This document shows, one piece after another, positions 11,101-18,563 of a DNA stretch of 20,000 nucleotides (positions are counted from its first letter, which is position 1; every line of letters begins with the position of its first letter). Source of the DNA: Scenedesmus sp. PABB004 (lineage: Eukaryota); contig JABVCE010000013.1 of the NCBI GenBank assembly GCA_014905635.1, forward strand, positions 1,162,093 through 1,182,092, given 5' to 3'. The notes under the pieces were generated by a model. It searched no databases and was not told the DNA's origin. It worked only from the letters and a program-made list of their open reading frames with translations. The translations under genes were made by a program, and so were the position numbers.

Positions 11101-12810
11101 TCACACCGTGGGCCCGTCGGTGAGCGCGGAGAAGCCGAACCGGTCGACGTCGCAGCCGTACCAGCGGCTCACGGCGTCAAAGCACACCTCCGCGCCCGGG
11201 TGCGCGTAGGGGTCGCTTACCGCGCCCGCGCGCACGTTCTTCTGCTCCAGCGGCGCGACCGGCAGCTCCGGCACGGACGGGTCGCGCCGCGCGTTGAGCT
11301 CGCGCACGACCTCGGCCCAGTCCTCGTTCGGCTCGTCCACGCGGCCGACGAAGTCGACCGCCCAGTCGCCGCCCGCGGTGCGCATGCAGTGCGCCTGCAG
11401 CGGCGCGCAGAGGCGGCGCGGCGGCGGCGGCGCTCGTGGCGCGCGCGGCCGCGGCGCCTGGCAGGCGGCCGGGTGAGCCGCCGGCTCTCCGCCAGCATCA
11501 TCATCATCCTTACGAGCAGCTGTATAGCTAAAAAAACAGCTGTGCATCATCCAGTCAGATGACTTGCTGTGAGCCCCTTTGGTCGGCCGCACCTGGTCGG
11601 TCATGTGGAAGTAGAGGTAGCTCTTGCTGCGCTTGATGCAGCCCCGGTCGTGCAGCGCCTCGGCCGCGGCCCACGGGTCGGCGCAGAACGACGCCCACGG
11701 CACGTGGCACGCCGGGTCCCGCAGCTTGTCGCTGCGCGGCGGACGGCGCGGGCGCCGCGGCGGGGCGTGAGCCGCGCCGCGCCGGCCGCCGCGCCGCGCC
11801 GGCCGCCGCCGCGCCGGCCGCGCTGCGCGCCCGCGCCCTGCCGCCACCGCGCGCCCTGCCGCCGCCGCGCGGCGCGCGCGGCGCCGCGCCGCGCACTCGT
11901 GCATGCAGCCGTTGGAGTGGAGGTACTTGTAGAGGCTGTACGCGCGGCGCCAGGGGTTGCGCACAAAGCCAAACACAAAGTATTCCTTCCACGTCGCGCT
12001 GAGGCTCTGCAGGTCGAGCTCGGTCGCGTTCCAGTAAAAGTGGAGGACCATGCAGCTGCTCGCGTTGTGCCCCGCCGTCGCCCGGTTGTTGCACTCGCCG
12101 AGCACGTTGACGATGCTCGTGCTCGCGGCCTTGGGGCTGCGCACGTAGATGTACTTGTACCTGGTGGGAGGCAGGCAGGCGCGCGCGGGGCGGGGGCGCG
12201 GGCAGGCGAGGCGCGGGGCTTGGTGGTGCTGTGCGCGCACAGCGCGGCGGCGGCGGCGACGGAAGCAGAGGGCCGCGCGCGCGGCGGGGCCGCGCCGCCA
12301 GCCCCGCCGGCGCGCGCGGTCGGCGCGCGCGGCTCGCTCACTTGTGGTTGACGAACACGTGGCAGCCGGGGAAGGGCAGCGGCGGGTGGTCGGGCGCGGC
12401 GCAGGTGTAGCTGTCGGCCGTCGCGGGCCCCGGCCCGCCCGCGGCGGTGCGGTTGACGCGCCAGGAGATGAACGCGTCGAGCCGCGCGTCCGAGTGCGCG
12501 CCCAGCCACGCGCGCGGGTCGGTCACGCCCGCCTTGGCCACGCGGCCGTGCACCGCGGGGCGGCGCGGCAGCGCGTCGGCCGACGACCGCACGTCGGCGC
12601 TCACGTCGACGAAGCGCGCGCCGCCCGCCGCGCCGGCGGCGCCCGCGGGCGGCCCCGCCGCGCCCTGCTCGTGCAGCGAGCGCGCCATGCCGCCCGCGCC
12701 GAGCTGCGCCGTCGCGCCGGCGCCCGCGCCGGCGCCGGCCGCCTCCGCGGCGCGCGCGGCCTTGCTCTGCAGCGCCGCCACCGCGGCTGCGAGCGGCTCA
12801 AACGGGGGCT

Positions 12811-12841
<31 letters not shown>

Positions 12842-13057
12842 CGCTGCGTTGTCACTGCTGCCGCCGCCGCCGCCGCCGCCGCGCGCCGCCAAGAAGCTGT
12901 GCAGCTGCACGACGCCCGCTAGCAGCAGGAGCGCGCACGCTGCGAGCGCGGCGCCGCGTGCCGCGCGCGCCGGCCAGCGCGCGGCCGGCCGCGGCGCCGC
13001 GCCCGGGTAGCTCGCGCGCAGCCGCGGCAGGCTGCCGCTCGGCGCGCCCTTCAGCAT
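11101..13057 (-). CDS. Type II membrane sulfotransferase (Sulfotransfer_2 / carbohydrate sulfotransferase-like); exons 13057-12342, 12160-11897, 11731-11593, 11394-11101
   Basis: N-terminal TM segment (AALAACALLLLAGVVQL), a Gly/Ala stem, the 5'-PSB motif VFVNHKYKYIYVRSPKAASTS, the 3'-PB motif YFVFGFVRNPWRRAYSLY, then VDFVGRVD and C-terminal YGCDVDRFGF. Three GT-AG introns with consistent phases. Confidence 0.85.
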
Positions 13058-13560
13058 GCCGTCCGGCCGGCGCCGCCGCTGCCGCCGCCGCTGTCGCCGC
13101 CGCCGCGCGCGGGGGGAGCCAGGGGTGCGGCGCGCGGTGCCTCGCCGCGCGCCGCGCCGCGCCCGCTGCCGGCGGCCCGCACCCTGCGCGTCCTGCGGGC
13201 GCGGGTGCGTGGGCGGGGGTTGAGGCCGCGGGGGTGGGGAGCTGCGAGCATCGGCGTCACCGCGCGGGCGCCGCTGCGGGCAGCTAGCGCCCCGGCGGCG
13301 CGCGGCGGCCGCCCCGCGCGGTCCGGACGCCTGCGCTGCCTGGAGATGGCACCCGCAGCCGGCCTGCCGCGGCGTGCTGACGCGGCACGGCGCGGCTGGG
13401 CGCGAGACGCGCGGCATGGCCGCGCAGCCGCCCAACCACCCCGCGCGCGGCGGCGCCGGGCCCGGCACCGATGTCTGCGTGACCGGGGCGAGCCGCAGCC
13501 GGCGCGGCGCGGCCCAGACCCCGCGTTTGCGCGGTGCCGCACCCGAGTCTACTGCTCGCG

Positions 13561-13600
13561 CCGGTGGTGACCGGCGCGCTGCTCTCTTCGCTCCACGCCT
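13561..13600 (+). repeat. Left copy of 40-bp direct repeat (partner 18133-18172), with internal palindrome CCGGT-GGTG-ACCGG
   Basis: ccggtggtgaccggcgcgctgctctcTTcgctccacgcct vs ccggtggtgaccggcgcgctgctctcCGcgctccacgcct (38/40). Both copies are preceded by ctgctc. Confidence 0.9.
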
Positions 13601-14274
13601 AAATAAAAACGCCAAGAGAGCAGGGAGACGCAACAACCGGCTCGAGTTCAGCCGCGGCGAGGGCCTCGTGCCCGGCGGCGCGGACGGCGCGTAGGCCGGG
13701 GCGTGCGCGGCGGCGAGCGGCGTCGGCCCCTAGGCCGGGACTTTGCGCAGTCCACAGTCGACGGACAACGCGGCGCCGCGGCCGCGCGCGCCGGCGCCGG
13801 GCTCGGGGCGCGGTCCAGCGCGGCTGCGACGCCGCCGCCCGCGCTCCGCCGCGGCGGTGTCCCCGCGAGCGCCCGCCCAGCCCCCCAGTGTTACCGCGCT
13901 CATCTCGTGTCCCTGTGGCACCCTGAGGCGTCGCAGCAGCGAGAGGCGAGGTTTCGAGAGCGTGGGCATGGCAGCACCCACGCGCCGCACCCGCGCGCCC
14001 GTCGCGCACGGCATGGCGTCCGTGTGGGTCGCCCGACACCGACGCGTGCCGCTCCGCCGCGGCGCGCTGCCGCGTCCGGGGCGGGCGGGGTTGATCGACA
14101 TCTGCGCCGCGCCGCCCGCTGCCCGGCGCCCCGCGCAGGCCCGCTCCTGGCGAGCGATGGGCCGGAGGAGGGGGTTATGGGCGGGGGTGAGCGCCCGCGC
14201 CGCCGCGCCGCCGCGCCGCCGCCGCTGCTGAGATGGGCGGCGGCAAGCGCCCGTGCCGCTGCTGCGCATGCGCA

Positions 14275-14377
14275 CGGCACGCCGTGGAAGAACACCAGGC
14301 TGCGTCGCGTGGTCTTCCACGGCGTGCCGCGGAAGAACACCAGGCGACGCAGCCTGGTGTTCTTCCACGGCGTGCCG
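14275..14377. repeat. Inverted repeat H1: perfect 34-bp arms (14275-14308 / 14344-14377)
   Basis: cggcacgccgtggaagaacaccaggctgcgtcgc is the exact reverse complement of gcgacgcagcctggtgttcttccacggcgtgccg. Confidence 0.95.
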
Positions 14378-14983
14378 AACGGCAACTGCGCGCTGCACCT
14401 GCTCGCCGCGGTGCGGCGGCGCCTGCTGCACCTGCTGCGCCTGGCGCCCGGCGCCGACGTGGTGGCTTTGTGCTCTCGCTCGCCGACCCCGAGGGAGGCG
14501 GTGCTGATCGGTGCTCCTTCTTGACCGCCGCCGAGCTGCGGCTCTGCTCTGCGTCGCGCACCGCCTGCCGGCGTCCTCGAGCGCCGCGCCGTCGAAGCTG
14601 GGCGCGGCGGCCTCGCAGGCGGCGCCCGGCGGCGGCGGCGAGGAGGGCGGTGCCCCGGCGGCGGGCGGCGCCAGCGCCGGGCCGTCCGCCGGCAGCGCCG
14701 CGGCTGGCAGCGACGAGGTGGGGGGCCCGGCGGCGGGCCCGCCGCAGCAGCCGCAGCAGCAGCAGCAGCAGCAGCAGCAGCGGCGGCGCAGCCGCAAGAA
14801 GCGCCGCGGCAAGGGCAACGGTGCCGCAGCGCACAGCAGCGCAGGCTGGCTGACGGCCGCCGCTGCGCCGCGCCCCGCAGGCACGGTGGTGCGCCGCCTG
14901 CGCAGCGCGCTGGCGCGCGCGGCGCGCGTGGGGCGGCCCGCCCTGCCCGCGGCGCTGGTCAACGCGCGCATGCACCTCATCAA

Positions 14984-15110
14984 CTGCCGCCGCTGCACCG
15001 CGCGGCGGGTGCTCACTCGCAGGCGTAGTACGTCATGAGCTCGTGCGCCTGCAGCTCGTGACGTTCTACGCCTGCGCGTGAGCGCCCGCCGCGCGGTGCA
15101 GCGGCGGCAG
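14984..15110. repeat. Inverted repeat H2: 58-bp arms (14984-15041 / 15053-15110), 11-nt loop
   Basis: 54/58 Watson-Crick pairs; two of the four differences are G:U pairs on the + strand. Confidence 0.95.
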
Positions 15111-15210
15111 CGTGTGTTGCAGGACCTGATTTTTGCTGTCACGAGCCTGCCAGGGCGGCAGTTTATGTTGGCAACGCGCATCCCAGGGGAGCTGCAGCGC
15201 ATGCTGCCGC
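15104..15210. repeat. Inverted repeat H3: 19-bp outer stem with 3 G:U pairs plus an imperfect inner stem
   Basis: gcggcagcgtgtgttgcag (15104-15122) pairs with ctgcagcgcatgctgccgc (15192-15210). Inner ctgcc/ggcag stem. Confidence 0.75.
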
Positions 15211-15264
15211 TCTTTTGGGCGGCGACGGGCGCGGCCGCGGCGGAGCTGCCGCGCTGGGTGAGCC

Positions 15265-15358
15265 CCGCGGGTGGCGCGCGTGCAGGCGCACGTTGAGCGC
15301 AAACAGCCGGGTGTAGCCTTTTGCACTCAACGTGCGCCTGCACGCGCGCCACCCGCGG
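15265..15358. repeat. Inverted repeat H4: 39-bp arms (15265-15303 / 15320-15358), 16-nt loop
   Basis: 38/39 complementary. Confidence 0.95.
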
Positions 15359-15441
15359 CTGCGCCAAGCTGGGCAGCGCGCTCGTGTGCGCCGTGCTGGC
15401 GAAGAGCCCCGCCGCGTGGGATGCGGCGTGGCAGCCGGCGG

Positions 15442-15494
15442 AGAAAGTCCAGCGGCGGCGGCGAGGCGGAGGCGCGCCGCGCGCTGGAGTTTCT
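15442..15494. repeat. Inverted repeat H5: short imperfect stem
   Basis: agaaaGtccagcg pairs with cgctggaGtttct (12/13) and extends inward with gcggcg/cgccgc. Confidence 0.65.
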
Positions 15495-15918
15495 GCGGCG
15501 CCACGCGCTGGCGCTGCGGCTCGAGCTGCTGCGGCCGCTGCCGCCGCAGCACGACCCCGACGCCGCAGCCGGCGACGGCGACGCGGCGCCCGGCGGGCCG
15601 GCGGCGACCGCCGCTGCCGGCGCGCGGGACCGCCCGCCGCCCGCCGGCCGCGCGGAGGACCTGCAGGCCCTGGGCCGACGGCGGACCTGTAGACGTGGCT
15701 GCTCGCCGGCCGCGGCTCGGCGCACGCCGGCGGTGGCGGCAGCGACGGCGGCGGCGGCAGCAGCGGCTGGCGCGCGGCGATGGAGGCGCCGCCGCCCGCG
15801 GACGCGCCGGCCGACCCCGGTGCCAACGACGACGCAGAGCAGCAGCCGGCCCAACAACCGAGCCACGCGCAGCGCCTGGACGCGCTGCGTCAGGCGCGGC
15901 GGCAGCAGGCGCGGCGGC

Positions 15919-16009
15919 AGCAGGGCGAGGCAGACGCGGCCCACCGCGAGGCCGACGCAGCGGCTGCGTTCGGCGACCTGGCGGTGGGCCGCGTCTGCCT
16001 CGCCCTGCT
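15919..16009. repeat. Inverted repeat H6: perfect 29-bp arms (15919-15947 / 15981-16009) with a structured loop
   Basis: agcagggcgaggcagacgcggcccaccgc / gcggtgggccgcgtctgcctcgccctgct. The loop contains ccga-cgcagc / gctgcg-t-tcgg. Confidence 0.95.
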
Positions 16010-16084
16010 CCCCCACTGCCGCCGCCTGCAGGCGCGAGGTGAAATAATTCGCAGAGCTTCCTGCAGGCGGCGGCAGTGGGGGAG
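16008..16084. repeat. Inverted repeat H7: perfect 25-bp arms (16008-16032 / 16060-16084), AT-richer loop
   Basis: ctcccccactgccgccgcctgcagg / cctgcaggcggcggcagtgggggag; loop cgcgaggtgaaataattcgcagagctt. Confidence 0.95.
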
Positions 16085-16284
16085 TGGCGGCGCCGCGCGC
16101 CAGGCGCGGCCGTGGTGCGGCAGGTGCAGGGGCTGCCGCTGCTGGAGCTCGCCGCCACGCCGCGGGTCGTGGCGCAGCGCGCCGCGAGCGTGCCCGGGCC
16201 GTCGGCGCCACCTTCGCGCCTCGCGGCGCTGCAGCAGCTCAAGGCCGACACGGCGGCCGCCCAGCAGCGCCTCGCTGCGCTGGC

Positions 16285-16487
16285 GGTGCGGCTTGGCGGC
16301 GACGTGCTGCCCGGCGCGCTGGTTGCGAGGCCGCCTGCCTGGCCTCCCTGCGCGCCTCGTAGAGCTTGTGACGCGCTGCTGGGCCAACCTCTACGAGGCC
16401 CGCAGGGAGGCCAGGCAGGCGGCGCTCGCAGAGGTGCGGCTTGGCGGCGACGTGCTGCCCGGCGCGCTGGTCGCGAGGCCGCCTGCC
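16285..16487. repeat. 55-bp direct repeat (16285-16339 / 16433-16487) bracketing inverted repeat H8 (35-bp arms, 16330-16364 / 16389-16423)
   Basis: Direct repeat 54/55 identical (encodes VRLGGDVLPGALVARPPA twice). Hairpin 34/35, extended by tgcgag/ctcgca. Confidence 0.95.
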
Positions 16488-17146
16488 GCCGCGCTGGGCG
16501 CGCTGGCGGACGCGCGCGAGCAGCTCGAGGCGGCCGCGTGGCAGCAGCAGGCGGCGCCGGGGCCCCTGGCTGCAGTGTGGCCCGGCGCGCAGGCCGCCCA
16601 CGCGGCCCTCGCCGGCGCGGGCCAGCAGCTGGGCGAGGCGCGGGCGCGCGCGCTGCGCTTTGCCGGGCGGCACCTCGGCGATCATGTCGCTGCGGCGGCC
16701 GCGCAGGAGCGCGCGTGGCACCCGCCGGCGGCGCTGCCGGCGGCGCCGCCGCAGAGCCTGGCGGCGGCGCGCGAGCTGCTGGACCGGCTGGACGCCGTCC
16801 TCCAGCACCTCCGCCTGGCTGCGCCGCGCGGCTGAGCTGCAGGCCGACATCGCCGCCGCTGCCCTGCGCCAGCGCAACCCGGGGTTGCGAGTCGACGCGG
16901 CGTCGCGTGCGCGCGCGGCCGCGTTTGCCCCCGGCGTGGACGACGCGCTGCTCGAGCGCCTGCGCAAGCTGAGGGCACGCGGCGCGCTGCAGGTCGAGCG
17001 TGTCGCGGTGCAGGTGCCCCTGGGCGCTCTCGAAACGGTGCAAGTGCACCCGCCCGTAGCGCTGGGCGAATGCTCGACAAACGGCTACGACGCGTGCGTG
17101 GCGCGGGTGTGCGCCGACCCGGCCGCCGCCGCCCGCGCGCCGGCTC

Positions 17147-17201
17147 CCGAGCCGGGCTCGAGCGACGCCGAGCCGGGCTCGAGCGACGCCGAGCCCGGGC
17201 T
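17147..17201 (+). repeat. 21-bp tandem repeat, about 2.5 copies (EPGSSDA), each unit containing the palindrome cgagcc-g-ggctcg
   Basis: ccgagccgggctcgagcgacg x2 followed by ccgagcccgggct. Confidence 0.85.
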
Positions 17202-17316
17202 GGCGCCGACGCCCGACCCCGCGGCGGCGGCGGCGGCTGCAGCGGCGGCGGCGCCGCCGTCGCGCGACCCGCTGCCGCCCTGGCGCCGGCCCGCCCGGCC
17301 CGGCCCCGCCGACCGC

Positions 17317-17364
17317 CGCGCGGTGTCGTCGGCCTTGAACGTTCAAGGCCGACGACACCGCGCG
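17317..17364. repeat. H9: perfect 48-bp spacerless palindrome
   Basis: cgcgcggtgtcgtcggccttgaac|gttcaaggccgacgacaccgcgcg. Confidence 0.97.
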
Positions 17365-17802
17365 CGCGCAGGCCGCGCTCGCCGCCGGCGGCGCAGTCCT
17401 CGACGCCGTGTTTGACCCCGCCCGGCCGGCCGCGCCGGCGGCCGCGGCGGCGGCGGCGGCGGCGCCCGGCACGCGGCGATGTCGCCGAGGCGGGGGTCCC
17501 AGCCGAACACCAGCGCTGGGGGCGCACGCTGGTGTTGGCGCTGTCGCACCCTGCCTACGGCTGCACGCGCCGCGCGCACCGCCGCGCAGCACCGCTGCCC
17601 CGCCGCGCACGACGCGCGGGGCGGCGCCGACGTGGTGACGCTGTCGACGCGGGGGTATCGGGACGCATCAGCACGGGGCGGAGGGGGGCCGGGGCGGGGG
17701 CACGTCGGTGCGTTTGCGCGCGCGCAGGAGGGCCTGGCCACGCGCGCGCCGCGGCAACTTCCTGGCCGCCGCCGACGCGGCGGGCGCGCGCGTGGGCCTG
17801 TT

Positions 17803-17888
17803 TGACCGTGCATTTTCTGTCTACGGCTGCATGCATGCGTGGGAGTTTCGGGTGCACATGCTGAACGACAAGGAGATGCACCGGGTTA
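17803..17888. repeat. H10: degenerate, G:U-rich stem-loop
   Basis: gtgcattttc-tgtc pairs with gacaaggagatgcac (2 G:U, 1 bulge); weaker inner pairing of the tgcat/gtgca region. Confidence 0.55.
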
Positions 17889-18132
17889 ATTTTTCAACGC
17901 ATTCGTCAGGCAGTGGCGCGGGCGCCTGGGATGCGCGACGGCTTCAATCAAGGTGGGCGCGGGGGCGGTGCGGCGGCCGGCGCGGGCGCGGCGGGCGCGG
18001 GCGGGCGGCGGGGGCGAGCTCGCGCCGGCCCAGCCTGACGGCGAGGGCGAAGATAGAGTTTGAGGTCCGAGGTCCGAGGTCCCAGCCGCCGCCGCCGGGG
18101 CGCGCGCCCCGCCGGGGCGCCTCTGCTCCCGG

Positions 18133-18172
18133 CCGGTGGTGACCGGCGCGCTGCTCTCCGCGCTCCACGCCT
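18133..18172 (+). repeat. Right copy of 40-bp direct repeat (partner 13561-13600)
   Basis: 38/40 identity to 13561-13600. Confidence 0.9.
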
Positions 18173-18563
18173 CAAGGCCGCGGGGCAGCACGGCGCTCCT
18201 CCTCCTGCGTCCCCTGCACGGCCGGTGAGCGTGGGCCGCGCCCGCCCGCAGGGCCTCCGGCAAAGCCCGCGCTGTTCAATTCGCGCTCGCTCATCACGCC
18301 TCCTCGCTCTCCGCTGCCGCCCCCCTTTACCGCACTCGGTCGCGGCCGCCACCCTCGAGCAGCGCCGCGCCCGCCACGGGCGCCGAGCGCGGCTGCAGCT
18401 CCTCAGCACAGCAGGATTCCTTGGCGCGCCCGCCCCGCGCCCCAGCGCCAGCCCCGCGGCCCGGCGCCGCACCCAGAGGCGCAGATAGTCATTACCTAGC
18501 CGTCAGGCCCGCCGCATGGCCGCCTAGCGCAGCAGCGCCCGCCTCCTGGCGCGGGAGAGCAGC

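Larger units (their letters stand above)
13880..17960 (+). pseudogene. Fragmented coding sequence of unknown family (pseudogene, mobile-element gene, or error-broken CDS); limits approximate
   Basis: Successive protein-like + strand segments in changing frames, e.g. SLVFFHGVPNGNCALHLLAAVRRRLLHLL, RVLQDLIFAVTSLPGRQFMLATRIPGELQRMLPLFW, ARRALEFLRRHALALRLELL, ARLVELVTRCWANLYEARREARQ, ARELLDRLDAVLQHL, DDALLERLRKLRARGALQVERVAV, VGLFDRAFSVYGCMHAWEFRVHML. In-frame stops at 15036-15038, 15294-15296 and 16833-16835. No clear introns and no motif I recognise. Confidence 0.5.

Noticed and set aside
1..13057. Sulfur-metabolism cluster (SnRK2 plus sulfotransferase)
   Set aside because: Only 18 residues of the kinase are visible and unrelated genes intervene, so the proximity is probably coincidental.
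13558..13606. Helitron 3' end (hairpin followed by CTRR)
   Set aside because: The hairpin-to-CTAA spacing is long, the next base is not T, the right repeat copy lacks CTRR, and no Rep/helicase motifs are seen.
15030..15080. In-frame TGA inside hairpin H2 as selenocysteine or readthrough recoding
   Set aside because: No SECIS-like or redox motif, and the stop is explained as a by-product of the antisense arm.
14984..16423. Hairpins as MITEs or introner elements
   Set aside because: The arms are unrelated to each other, one arm reads as part of the coding remnant, and there are no consistent TSDs or splice sites at their ends.
14275..17364. CRISPR array or integron attC cassette interpretation of the hairpins
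   Set aside because: The hairpins share no common repeat sequence, the context is eukaryotic, and no cas or integrase gene is visible.
18062..18082. (GAGGTCC)x3 tandem repeat upstream of the right direct repeat
   Set aside because: Too short to assign a function, and it is not a telomere-type motif.
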